Part shown: in pieces, positions 1 through 13,208 of the stretch
Layout of the letters: the number at the start of each line of letters is the position of its first letter
How positions within the stretch are numbered: position 1 is the first letter of the stretch
NCBI RefSeq assembly: GCF_006345805.1
Contig: NC_042999.1
Location: 134,044,001 to 134,108,000 of the forward strand
DNA from: Octopus sinensis
Taxonomy: Eukaryota
Reading direction: 5' to 3'
DNA length: 64,000 nucleotides
The notes under the pieces: generated by a model
The model's database searches: none
Seen by the model: the letters and a program-made list of their open reading frames with translations, nothing else
Told to the model about the DNA's origin: nothing
Translations under genes and position numbers: made by a program

Positions 1-5
1 AGTAG

Positions 6-62
<57 letters not shown>

Positions 63-291
63 TTGGTGATGGTGATGATCATGGTAGTGATAATGATTAT
101 GATGTCGAAGATGATAAGTGATCAATGATGGCGGCATCGTGAAGGGAAGAGTGTGTTGATGGTAATGATAACATTCGGTAATGGTGGTGGTGGTGGTGAT
201 GATGATGACGATGATGATGACGATCGACCATCATGGTGACGATGACGATGGTGGTGATGGTTGATGTCTTGACGATCGTGGTGTTGGTGAT
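1..291. repeat. (AGT)n then degenerate (GAT/GGT)n trinucleotide low-complexity tract
   Basis: Visible directly; source of the His/Ser-run ORFs at 97-564. Confidence 0.95.
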
Positions 292-371
292 GAAAAAGAA
301 ACAAAATACACCACAATAATGAAAGTATGTATTGCGAAGCTCAAAATAGCGATAAGAAATCATCCAGAAAA

Positions 372-449
<78 letters not shown>

Positions 450-1199
450 GTGGGTGGGAGAGAGAACAAGAGAGAATGTTAGAAAAGACGTGATGTGAAC
501 TACAGCAGACAGTTTGGCTGCGCAGTATGTGTGCGTAAGTGCACAAATGCATGTAGGTGTGCATGCGTGTGTATGTATGTGTGCATGTGTGTGTATGTGT
601 GTGTGTGTGTGTGTGTCACACACTGCGTCCCTAAAGGCGAAGCCTATATTAATCAGTTTGAGGATCGGTGGAACGGTGGATGACGAACAGAGTCAAGTGT
701 TGGTTCGGTGAGAGAAAGAGCAATGCTGTCCAATATATATTGCAGAGACATTAATAAACGGATTCCAATTACATGTAAGCCAACGGTCATTAGTTTAGCT
801 CGTTATCAACAACATCAGTGCCAGAATGAACACCCTACTAGTGCAAATGCTATCACCTAACATGTTCTGTATAAATTGACAGCCTTCGAACAGTACAGGA
901 GGAGAGAATAGAAAGGCGCCACACACAGATACATATGCATAAATACACAGATCCATGCACATACAGATTTGTTCATAATCATGAGCACACATGTGCTCAC
1001 AATGTACAGAAAGCAAATATATACATACATTATATATATATATGCATATATGTATATATATATATATAATATATAATATATATATATATATATTATATAT
1101 ATATATACACGTATATGCGTATGTATATTTGTGCATATATGCATATATGCATATATATATGTATATATATGTATGTGTATATGAATGTGTATATGTATA

Positions 1200-1262
<63 letters not shown>

Positions 1263-1615
1263 ATATATGTGTGTATATAAATATATCTTACGTCCTGGTA
1301 AGTTATTTCCAGAGAAGCAGTCAACCCGAGTTCTGGGCTATCAGCACTGTCAGATTCCAGACTAATACCGAAACTTTTTCAAGTGTCGAAAATCCTGGTT
1401 TTACGGAGGTAAAACTTCTGTGTAGCAATGAGTAAACTATAATCTAAATAATAAGACGAAGAAATCCATTAGTACATTTTTAACGATTCGTTACAATTGT
1501 TTCTATAAAACCTCTGCTTGGAACACCCGTTTACATAATATTCGTAGCGAAAATTTACGTAGTATTTGCGGCTTTAGACGTTAGAGCTGCACTTTATCAG
1601 ACTTGACTCAAAGGT

Positions 1616-1870
1616 GGAGGCGCGTGGCTTAGTGGTTAGGGTGTCAGCACCATGATCGTAAGATTGTGGTTTCGATTCCTGGACCGGGCGACGCGTTGTG
1701 TTCTGGAGCAAAATACTTCATTTTGCGTTGCTCCAGTCCACTCAACTGGCAAAAATGAGTAACGCTGCGATGGACTGGCGTCCCGTCCAGCTGGGGAACA
1801 CATACTCCATAGAAACCGGGAAACTGGACCCATGAGCCTGACTAGGCTTTAAAAGGGCGCATTTATTATT
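1616..1870 (+). mobile_element. tRNA-derived SINE, family 'A' (tail type 1)
   Basis: Pol III A-box TGGCTTAGTGG (1625-1635) and B-box GTTTCGATTCC (1669-1679); core TTGCTCCAGTCCACTCAACTGG shared with the copy at 55529-55866; short AT-rich tail. Confidence 0.85.
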
Positions 1871-2049
1871 TTTATAATATAAAAGCACCCGTTGGATGCA
1901 AGTCTGACAAAGCACTACACTAATGTTTAAAACCGCAAATATTGCGTAAATTTTCACTTCGAAATCTTGCGTAAACTGGCGATTGTTCATTAAAGGCATG
2001 TTAAAGTATTTCGTTGTTTGGATTATTTGTGTGCGCGCGCGTGTGCGTG

Positions 2050-2091
<42 letters not shown>

Positions 2092-2401
2092 GTGTGTGTG
2101 TGAGTGTGTGAAACATAAATGCGCTTGTGTACTTATGGGGCAGAGAAAAAATGTGTATATAAAATGGCCTAAAATTAAGACACAAGGCCAGCAATTCTGA
2201 TGAGGTGATATAAGTTGATTTCCTTTAATTTCCCCTTAAGATATTCATTATGGTAATTATTTCCCCCCTAACAACGAGTGTATTTTCTATCAGTTGGGTC
2301 ACTTGATTAAGTTTGCAACTCGAGTCGCTGCATATTTTTCTCCAGTGATTTTGGTTTGTATCGATGTATCTTCTCTAAAAATTATTTGAATTCATCCTTA
2401 T

Positions 2402-2606
2402 AAGGCGGCAAGTTGACAGAACCGTTACTATGCTGGACAAAATAGCTAGCGGTGTTTCGTCTGTCTTTACGTTTTGAGTTCAAATTCCGCCGCGAACGAT
2501 TTTGTCTTTCATCATTTCGAGGTCGATGAAATAAAGAAGCAGCTATGTACTTAGGGATCGATGTAATCGACTAGCAAATACCCTGCCCCAAAATACCAGG
2601 CCTTCC
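2402..2606 (+). mobile_element. SINE family 'B' (diverged copy)
   Basis: AAGGCGGC..GAGTTCAAATTCCGCC..GGTCGAT..GATGTAATCGACT; homologous to copies at 26867-27575 and 23036-23425. Confidence 0.85.
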
Positions 2607-2642
2607 AAGAGTATAAATTATTTAGAATGTTGCTGCTGCTAC

Positions 2643-2875
2643 TGATGATGATGATGATGATATCTCTTTTCGCTCAATGAGTATTGGGTGATGAGCGTTC
2701 TCCAAGTGGTATCATTCTGAGCTAAATTCGCAGCCTTCTTCCCAGGTGACAACCATCTTGGTTAAGTCTTTCGATGCAGTCCCCATCCACATCTGCACCG
2801 GTCTGTCCTTTCTCCTTCCTCCTTCAACTGTCAACACGGCGGTTGACGTTGCCGGTCTCTCCAACCACAAGCTCA
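2643..2875 (-). mobile_element. RTE-like LINE 3' end remnant
   Basis: Frameshifted minus-strand translation resembles a LINE ORF2 C-terminus (EGGRR.GRP..TW...KDLTKMVVTWEE) followed by an (ATC)n tail. Confidence 0.5.
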
Positions 2876-3387
2876 ATACTACCTCCTAATTAACTGACAA
2901 ACCATTATCACTAAAATTAAGGCATCATCTATAACTGTATAAAGTTTCACAATAAACTTTAAAAATGTGTTGTATAATCGCTGGTACGTTCCACTGCTGT
3001 ATTGTATATTGTATTGTATGTATAACGTAAGTAAAGAGCATTGAAACAAAGCTAACATACCCGAAGTAGCTTCCAAGGACGCCCAATAGACAGATATAAT
3101 GCAAATCAGTCTCTCCGATTTACGGAGACTCTTACCAATACTGGGTTTATAAACAGTGACTTTGCGGGCGTTTAATGAAGTTGCTCAGTGATTGATGGAA
3201 TTTCAGGAAAAGGATGGAAAGTATTCCGTTGATCCTTCTTTGTTACTCTGTCAGCGATGATATTGTTTATAAAGATAATCTTGACATGTGTCTAATACAG
3301 TATAGCAAGACCTCATTCAATAATTATATACATTACACACACACACACACTTGCACACACACACATACACACACACACACATACACA

Positions 3388-3421
<34 letters not shown>

Positions 3422-3424
3422 ACA

Positions 3425-4735
3425 CAACGTGTCCATAAATTATCTTGACGACTTCTACAGTTTATTGCATCTATCAAAGTTGAGATCCATCAATCAACAT
3501 CTTTGCATGATAAATAAATATTATTAAAGATGTAATTTATGTACTTTGTTTTAGTATTAAAATCACTTTTGTTTGTCTTTCAAGATGTTTATTATTATCC
3601 CCCACTTTTGATCAAAAAGACAACATCACAGGGGAAAGCGCCATGTGTATCCTGGTTCATAGAGTTCAAATCAGACACTCAGGCCCAACGGATTAACTAT
3701 ACAAAATATAGAACAGAATCACCAACTCGTGTAAACATCCGTGTCTGATTTAAAAAGTTTATGGAAACAGGAAGCGTCCTACAAAAAAGAGGGTCTGGGC
3801 GACCGAAAACATCTGTGAAAGACGTCAAGCAAATTCGAGTAGCATTTCATTGTAGTTCTACTCAGTTCATTTATATTGCAAGTAGAGAGTTATGTTTACC
3901 ACGGTTAACAACTCACAAACTCTTGCACAAGAACATGAGGATTTATGCTTATAAAGTGCAACTTTTGCAAGCACTGCAGCCAGACGACAAACACCAAATG
4001 AAACTATTTGCGGTGGAAATGTCAGCATGATCAGATAAAGATAAAAGCTTCTTTCGAAAGTTTTGTTTCGGTAGATTAACGAAGCAACATTTCGTGTATC
4101 AGGAGTGATAAAAAAGCACATCAGGATCCGGTGTTCGGAAAGCCCTCACGAGACAAGAGAACTGGAGAGAAACAGCCCAAATGTTAATGTTTGGTGCGGT
4201 CTTCTGTCAATCGACACTTATCTTTATCTATTATAAGAATTTGTTGTACCGCAGTTGCATTACTTGTAACGAAAAGTTATTATCCAGCAACATGATGCGC
4301 TACCCCATTGGGGGTTATGTGTTCGTGAGTTTCTTAATAAAACTTTCCCAAATCGGTAGATCGGAAGAGGAAGTCCAGTTCCCTTGTCACCTAGGCCACA
4401 GGATATAACACCTCCAGACTTCATAGGGGCCTACATTTAAGATAGAGTCTATCGTACAAAATTTCAGGACCTCAATGATTTCAAGTAAAAAAAATACGCC
4501 AAGCAGCATTCATCATCGAAGAGGGTATACTCCAACGGTCATGGTCAGAAACTGAGCATCGTCTAGTTGTGCTTCCTGCAACGAGTAGAGTCCACACAGA
4601 AGGCTTCTGATGTTTCTCGTAAAACTATATCTGTTTACCTATGATTTTTAGTAAAATCTGATGAGTTATCCTTTTTTTTTTTTCCTTTTCTTTTCTGAAT
4701 TTTTCATATTGTAAAGGTCATTTATGGACATCCTG
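3425..4735 (+). mobile_element. Decayed Tc1/mariner transposon, DD41D (rosa/Visitor)-like
   Basis: Imperfect TIRs CAACGTGTCCATAAAT / ATTTATGGACATCCTG followed by TA. Broken transposase with CVSWFIEFKSDTQAQR, METGSVLQKRGSGRPKTS, YAYKVQLLQALQPDD, EATFRVSG, SPNVNVWCG and a degenerate PPRSPDITPxDF motif. Confidence 0.85.
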
Positions 4736-5437
4736 TATGTCTGTTTCTCTGTCTGACTGACTGACTGACTGATGTCTGTATGTATGTATGTATGTGTGTA
4801 TATGGGCAAAGGTATGTGTCCAAATTCAAACACACATCACGACATAACAGAAAATGGTGTACTGCGCACGCGTGTGTATAACTGACAGAAACATACTGCA
4901 AAACGTGCACTAACATAAACACAGGAATTTTTCTCAGATACAGTGGAACGTATCATGTAAAAGTGTTACCTACCTATTGGATGTCGATCACTTTTCTATA
5001 AACAACTAAAATAGCAAATTATAATCGTTCTAGATATTGTAAATAACCGTATAAGTGAGCTCCTGTTGTTGTCTCAGTTAATATGCATTACGGCTAAAAG
5101 CAAGTCTACTTTATCTGTAAAAAGGTGCCAGAGAGTGAAGAGATTCATTCGGTGTGCAGTATCAGGTTTCTAAAACTTACAATGTTTCGTTAGCTTGCAA
5201 AGCTAGGTTCGTCCCGTTATGTGAGTAAGAGTTTTATCTAAAATTACTCTAAAATCAATTCATCACCTTCTCCTTCTATATGAAACGGTACTCACAGAAC
5301 TGATTGTAAGATTATATGAATAAACGAAGAGCGTTGCACCTTAGGCAGCTGTCTTCTACTATATCCTCGGACCGGCCAAAACTTTGTGAGTGGATATGGA
5401 AAACGGAAACTGAAAAAAGGCTGTCGTGTATATACAT

Positions 5438-6035
5438 CTTGGCTTGGCTTCGCTGACGAAGATTAGGAAGGCTGTTGTCCACGTCGTCTGCATGCTCGTT
5501 CGTGGCTGATAAGACCGATGTGGGATCGACATATCGGATTTCAGTATGACAGGGGTATGGTTATTCAGGGTCTGATGATGCAGCTGCATTGTTTTTTTCG
5601 CCTCTGACGTTTGTCTTCAAGAGAGGCACTGCGAGAGATCTCAAAGGAGGAAACAACATCACTGATGGTCTGACGCCAAGCGACGCGGTCAGCTGTTAGA
5701 GTGGACCACTCACGATAATCAGTGTCACAAACGCTAAGGGATATAAAACCTCGGTCGTAGGTTTTATATCGGAGTGTCCTTCTAGACAGGCTGCCGATCG
5801 GGGCTAACAAGACCCATATGCTCAGAGCGGCCTGGTTATACTGCGCTAAACACCCGCAGTCGTCTTCTCCTGTTGGTTTAGATCAAGGTGGTACCACGAT
5901 GAGGTTGGAGTAGGACTTAGGGTTTGCGTCACTCTGTGGAAGTTTTAGTTCTGTATGGTACTCACCCAAACCAGCATCCGGTGACTATGTGGACCTCTAC
6001 ATACCACCTAGGTAGGTGGTATATGGGGGTCGACA
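5438..6035 (-). mobile_element. Internally deleted RTE-type LINE (5'UTR-like part fused to ORF2 C-terminus and tail)
   Basis: Minus-strand peptide WSTLTADRVAWRQTISDVVSSFEISRSASLEDKRQRRK ... CRSHIGLISHERAC, (CCAAG)n tail at 5438-5450, and an RTE 5'UTR-like motif GGCAGCCTGTCTAGAAGGACACTCCGATATAAAACC. Confidence 0.75.
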
Positions 6036-6057
6036 TAGTAGAAAACACTTTATGCAG

Positions 6058-6129
6058 GTGTCTTCTACTGTAGCCTCGACCAAAACCTTGTGAGTGGATT
6101 TGGTAAACGGAAACTGAAAAAAGCCCGTC

Positions 6130-6201
<72 letters not shown>

Positions 6202-6236
6202 CATACATACATACATATATATATATATATACATAC

Positions 6237-6296
<60 letters not shown>

Positions 6297-6540
6297 GACG
6301 AGCTAATTGTGCGTGTGTGTTCGTTCTGTGATTGTTGCCCCCACCGCTTGACAACCAGTGTTGGTGGAGTGAATTTGCGCCCCTGTAATTTAGCGGTTCG
6401 ACAAAAGAAACCGATAGAATAAGTACCAGGATTAATAAAAAAAATAAGTACTGCGATCGATTCATTCGACTAAAAATAAACGAGGTAGTGCCCCAGCATG
6501 GTCACAGCTTAATGACTGAAGCAAGTAAAAGATTAAACGA
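6058..6540 (+). mobile_element. SINE family 'C' (5'-truncated) with internal (TA)n/(TACA)n
   Basis: GTGAGTGGATTTGGTA.ACGGAAACTGAA..GCCCGTCG-(TA)n-..TTAGCGGTTCG.CAAAAGA.ACCGATAGAATAAGTAC..CCAGCATGG; homologous to 35808-36202. Confidence 0.85.
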
Positions 6541-7994
6541 AAGGGATTTTGCTAGAAACGAAATTGGGGGTTAAAATGCTTTACAGTTGCCAATGATGTT
6601 ACGCTAATGGCACATCAGCGGATTAGAAGAAGCGTTCGAGTCGCAGACAAATTGTCTTGGTGATGATTTAGTTACATCGCTTAAACTACTGAGTTCAAAT
6701 CCCAATGCGGGTGTCATTGTGTTGCATCCTTCCGGTGTCAATAAATTAGAGCACCTGTCAAGTTCCTTCTAAAATTTCAGATCTCGAGTCAAAGAAACAA
6801 TCTTAGATCACTCTATCACGCTAGCTTCAAGTTTCTCTCTGTCTGTCTGTCTGTCTCTTTCTTTCACACACACACACACACACACACATTCAAAATTCTT
6901 CCCCTCATTCTCTTTCTATCTGTCTCTCTATATTTTACCTCACCCTCTTATGTCAGTCTCTCTCTCTCTCCACAACTCTGCGTCCCAATTTCTATTTCTC
7001 AATGTGTTGCAATCTATGTATGTATGTATGTATGTATGTATGTATGTATGTATCTGTCTGTCTGCCTGTCTGTCTGTCTCTCCGTCTTTCTATCTGTCTG
7101 TCTCTCTGTCTATCGCTTTGTCTGTCTGTCTATTTGCCCCTTTTCCTGGTTTCACACGCACTCATTCATTCTCTCTCTCTCTCGTCTTCTCTCTCTCTCA
7201 TCTTCTCTCTCTCTCTCGTCTTCTCTCACTCTCTCTCTCTCTCTCTCTCTTCCCACTGTCTCCTTCTATAAAATGTCTATAAATTATTGTATACGTGCAT
7301 GCGTGTGTATGAGAGAGAGAGAGAGAGAGATTGTCTTTTACTTTGAGTGTGCAAGCTTGTATAAATGGCGGTAAACTTCTGTGGATGTATGGGATTTTCT
7401 GTGCGTATGAGTATTTAACTATATGTATATCTGGGGGTGTGCTTCTGCATGCATGCTATGCTTAGGTGTGTGCGTGTGTGTGTGGGTGAGTGTTGTGTGC
7501 GTGTATGTGAATAACTAGGTGACTGTGTGTGCGCGTATGCATTTGTGAATGTACGTGCTTGTAGTAGTGTTTGTGTGTACAGAAAGCGATGCCATATGAC
7601 ACTTATTCCTAATAGATGTAGCTGAACGCCATGTTGGACGTCTGCCAAATTCCTTGCGGGATTAACCAGCAAATTAGATAGATACGTTAACGTGTTGGCA
7701 GGTTTGAACTCTTAACCCACAGGTTGTGGAAACACGTGAAGTTTGCCGTGTGCTTCACAAGTGGTGTTGAAAGTTTATAGATTATTATTGGTTGTTTCAC
7801 TCTTGAGGTGTTTAAATTCTGCTTTTGAAGTGTTGGCCAGTATCGAATATATTTACATTCTGTATTAAATGTCGAAATGTCTTTAACCTTGCTCTGAATT
7901 CCAACAGATTGTTCACAACTGAGTCGAACATTTAAGAACGTGTTAAGGTTGTGCACTTGGGATAGCTTTGACGACATTTTTCAGAGATTTTCAC

Positions 7995-8426
7995 GTTTTA
8001 CTTTCACTTGACTGCGGCTATTCTGGGTCACCAGTTGAACAAATCGCCACCCAACCCAAGTACTTGATTTTTTAAAGTCTGGTTTTATTTTCTCGGATAC
8101 GTTTTCCGAACTGCTAAGTTACGAGGAAATAAACAACAAACCAATTCCGGTTGTCAGACTGTGATGGGAAGCAAATACATACATTAACACACACACATAC
8201 GCGCGGGCGCACATATTTATGTGTATATCGTAAATCACGTAATCACATGATCAACCAGAATATCAGATGTTGTTAGCCATCGCTGGTCACAGTATACTTT
8301 CATTCATTCTAACCTTCGAATGACAGCACCGAAGTTGTAGTAGAAAACACTTGCCCTAGGTGCTACGCAGTGGGACTGAACCCGGAACCATGTGGTTGGT
8401 AAGCAAGCTTCTTACCACACAGCCAC
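7995..8426 (-). mobile_element. Fragmented SINE family 'C'
   Basis: Head at 8335-8426 matches 47365-47456; diverged tail at 7995-8200. Confidence 0.75.
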
Positions 8427-8534
8427 TTTGCCGAGAGTTGTTGTCCCTGTGGTATAGATATTTTATTAGCGGTTCTCTATTAGTGAAACATTTTATGTTG
8501 TCTTTAATAGAAAATATATTCATTAGCTGATATA

Positions 8535-9736
8535 TTGGGTTGGCAACAAAGTTCCCGCCGTTTTTTTAATTTTTGAATCTATTTTTGAATCATTTTGGAA
8601 TCTATTTTGTTTTTTCTTTTTCTCTAGTTAATTTTAGTTAATTTTTGTTTATTTTCAGATCATTAAAATGGAATGTCATGTAAGAAAAACGAGCATTTTT
8701 GACACTCCCTTCTTTTTGCCTTTAATCAAGGTTCTAAGGCCGCAAATGCTGCTCGCGACATTTGTTTTGTGTATAGAGAGGGTGCCATAGCTGAAAGAAC
8801 TGCTCGTGATTGGTATGCCAAGTTCAAAAATGGGAATTTTGACCTCAAACACGCACCTCGTTCAGTTGAGTTCGATGAAGAGCGATTAAACCAACTTTTG
8901 CTCGAAAATCCTCGTCAAACGACAAGGGAACTGGCAGAGAAAATGGAATGCCCCAACACTGCTCTAGAGAAGCTTCTTCATTCGATGGGAAAGGTTCAGA
9001 AGTATGAAGCATGGGTTCTGCATGCTTTAAGTGACAACAACAAAAATCAACGATCCACAATCTCCGCTGGTTTGCTTGCTCGTCACCGCGCAACTCGTGG
9101 ACACAAGTAACGATTTCTTTACCGAATCGTTATTGGTGACGAAAAAATATGAAGCAGCGTAAGGAATGGCTTAGCCCCGGTAAACAAGCGACACCGCGCG
9201 TGAAACAAGAACTTCATCCGCATAAAACGATGTTGTGCGTATGGTGGGACTGGGAAGGGATCATCCATTACGAATTGCTTGAACGGAACCAAACGATCAA
9301 CGCGGAACTCTATGTTCAACAGATGAAACGACTAAACACGGCTATTCAAGAGAAAAGACCTAATCGTCAGCATAGAGTTATTCTGCTGCACGACAACGCC
9401 TGCCTTCACATCGACATGGCTGGGAAGTGCTACCACACCCGCCATACTCTCATGATTTGGCACCAACAGATTTCTACCTTTTTCGATCTCATTCAAATGC
9501 TATGCGCGCAATTCGTCCAATACCGATGCAAAATTGAGAGCTTGGGTGGATCAATTTTTCGAGTCGAAATCGGGTGATTTCTGCCAACGAGGTATTGAAA
9601 ATCTTGTTGAACGTTGGGAAGAAGTTGTAAACAACAAGGGTGAATACATTATTGATTAATTATTTGTTATTTTTTATTAAACCTTTTTAAAAAAATGAAA
9701 ATTTAAAAAATGGCGGGATCTTATTTGCCAACCTAA
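8535..9736 (+). mobile_element. mariner DD34D transposon, mellifera-subfamily-like, non-functional
   Basis: TA + TIR TTGGGTTGGCAACAAAGTTCCCGCCG with inverse TGGCGGGATCTTATTTGCCAACCTAA; about 1.2 kb. Confidence 0.93.
8668..9659 (+). pseudogene. mariner transposase pseudogene
   Basis: ERTARDWYAKFKNGNFDL, WVLHAL (WVPHEL motif), RIVIGDEK, LLHDNA, YSHDLAPTDF, RWEEVVNNKGEYIID*; internal stops, frameshifts and deletions. Confidence 0.9.
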
Positions 9737-9937
9737 TTTTGCAGTATATATGTTCCGTGTAACACATATATGAATTGGTGTGTGCGCATGTATGTATGTA
9801 TGTATGTATGTATGTATGTATGTATGTATGTATGTATGTATGTATGTATGTATGTATGTATGTATGCATGTATGTATGCATGTATGTATGTATGTATCTA
9901 TGTATGTATGTATGTATGTATTCATTATATATATTAT

Positions 9938-9993
<56 letters not shown>

Positions 9994-10098
9994 GGTCCCG
10001 GGTTGAGTCGGGGTTAACCACAGTAAATAAGGTACTCAATACATAGCAGAGTAAATTAATTTATTTTATAGAAGGAGCTTCTACAGGACTAGAACTGT

Positions 10099-10147
10099 GC
10101 TTCCTGATGATTTCATTTGAATGAAACAGTACTAGTCCTGTAGAAGC
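10099..10147 (+). ncRNA. Type I hammerhead ribozyme motif (near-complete)
   Basis: GCTTC-CTGATGA-[tTTC attt GAAt]-GAA-ACAG tactagtc CTGT-A-GAAGC. Stems I and III pair perfectly with a GUA cleavage triplet; the stem II closing pair is a T.T mismatch. Confidence 0.7.
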
Positions 10148-10925
10148 TCCTTCTATAATATATATATATATATTATATATATATATATATGTGTGTGTGG
10201 TGTGTGTGTGTGTGGTGTGTGTGTGTGTGTGTAACTGTTCTGCTATTGGTGGAATCATCAAGGAAATTCTCCATTAGTGAGCGATAAATGTAATTTAATA
10301 TATACATTTGGCTTTTACTACCCTCTCCCTCTGTTCTGTTGTTTTCGAAAATGACTAGCCATGTTGTATATTTGAATATGAAAGATTGCTTGGAAACACA
10401 CAGCTTGATATATACGCATGCCAGTTTATTGCCTTTCACAGTATGAATCTAATAGTAGCTCGTATCTAAATATTGTGGATGTTAACTGGTATATATACAT
10501 AATAGAAATATGTTTCAAAAAGAAAATAGAAACTACACGTGGAAAAAATATGGGGAAAGTAAGAAGAAAAAAAGCGAAAATGCACATTAAATATAAAATA
10601 AAGGCTTTTTTTTATGAAAAGTAGCGATAAATAAATACAATTAGATGGACTGAGGTAGAATTAAGGGGAATTAAATTCATTATTTTTGAATAGTTAAAGA
10701 GATTCAAAATCAAACTGGCGTCGTCATTGCTGCTCACTGGCTTTGAATATACATACATACACACACACACACACATATATATATATATGTATATATATAT
10801 GTATATATATATGTGTGTGTGTTACATATATATATGTATGAATATTCACATATATATATATATAGATAGGCAGATAGGTAGATAGATATGTGTGTATATT
10901 TATGCGTGTGCGTTTGTGCGTGTAC

Positions 10926-10969
<44 letters not shown>

Positions 10970-11889
10970 CAGACAAATATGGGGATATGCAACATAAATT
11001 GTTGACTTATTAAAACCATTTCTGCCTCTACCAAATGACGAATAAAACCAGCTCCGTATGAGATATGGAGAAGGACAGGCTTTTTGTTTGGAGATAAACC
11101 ATTGGGACATGCTTCTGCCTGTATAGGCGTTAATAGCACAACAATTGTTCAGCTTTTCTTCCTGTGGCCAAAGAACTTAGACTTTTACAAAAATATGATG
11201 AAACTAATTTTTTTGTTTGTGTTTATGTGTGTGCGTGTGTGCGTGTGTGTTTGTGTTTTTGTGGCTTGCGAGTGTATGTTGCGCGCACGGAAACACACAT
11301 GGACTCGTACACACGCCCGTTTGCACAGTGAAGAGATATGAAAACGTGTGGTTGTCTATGTTTGTGCGGTCGGTGTCCGTGTGTTTGGATGCGTGCCTGC
11401 ATCTGTTTGTGTGTGCATGCGCGTGTGTCTATGAGTGTACGTGTATGATTGTATGTACTACCGCGCGCTCACGTGAGAGTGTGTATATGCATAGCGTGTG
11501 TATGCTGAGCATCATAACATAAAGGGGCCACTCTTTAACTTTCGGCTCCTATCATCAGTTCCTGACGAGAAAGACGAGGAGTCATTTAACGGATGATTGT
11601 GTTGTAGTCAGTAGAAATTATGTAAATTCAACTATTAAGGGGAGTGGCAGGCGATAATTATGTCTACAGTGTCACGTGTCAGTGGAACTCATTTGTCATT
11701 GGAGGAAAGCTGACTTGGTCACGTTCGTACACAACTCAAGCCACATGCATTTTATACATATATATATTCAAACACATATACGAATATACAAGAAACAAAT
11801 ACACACACGTATACACATATGTTATACTAACACTTAGAATACACAAACACATCTGCCGTTCGTGTGAATTTTTCTTGTTTTCCTCCACT

Positions 11890-12511
<622 letters not shown>

Positions 12512-12970
12512 TTAACAACAAACAAGATGAAGACAAATAACCGTCAAATATAAATAATGTATATTTATTACATACATATAAGAGGGATGACCACTACGTA
12601 GACATCATTATGCTAGAAGTAGATCTACTTTGGTCTTACTAGAGTACATACACACACACACACACACACATATATATATGTATGTATGAACGTATGTATG
12701 TATGAACGTATGTATGTATGCACGTCTGTATGTATGCATGGATGTATGCATGTATGCACGTATTTATGTATGCATGTATGTATGTATGCACCTATGTATG
12801 TATGTATCACAAGTACATCAACAAAACACACACATATAATAATGTAATTTCTTGCTCATTACCGTTGACGACGATACGAAACGGGGGAGTGAAATCCCAG
12901 ATGGAAATAAATGAAATAAATTTTACTATATGTATCAAGTCCCTTTTTCTCTCGCTTATAAATCGAAAGC

Positions 12971-13208
<238 letters not shown>

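Noticed and set aside
1616-1695. tRNA gene (also 55795-55866)
   Set aside because: A and B boxes are present, but there is no proper acceptor stem and the sequence continues into a SINE body.
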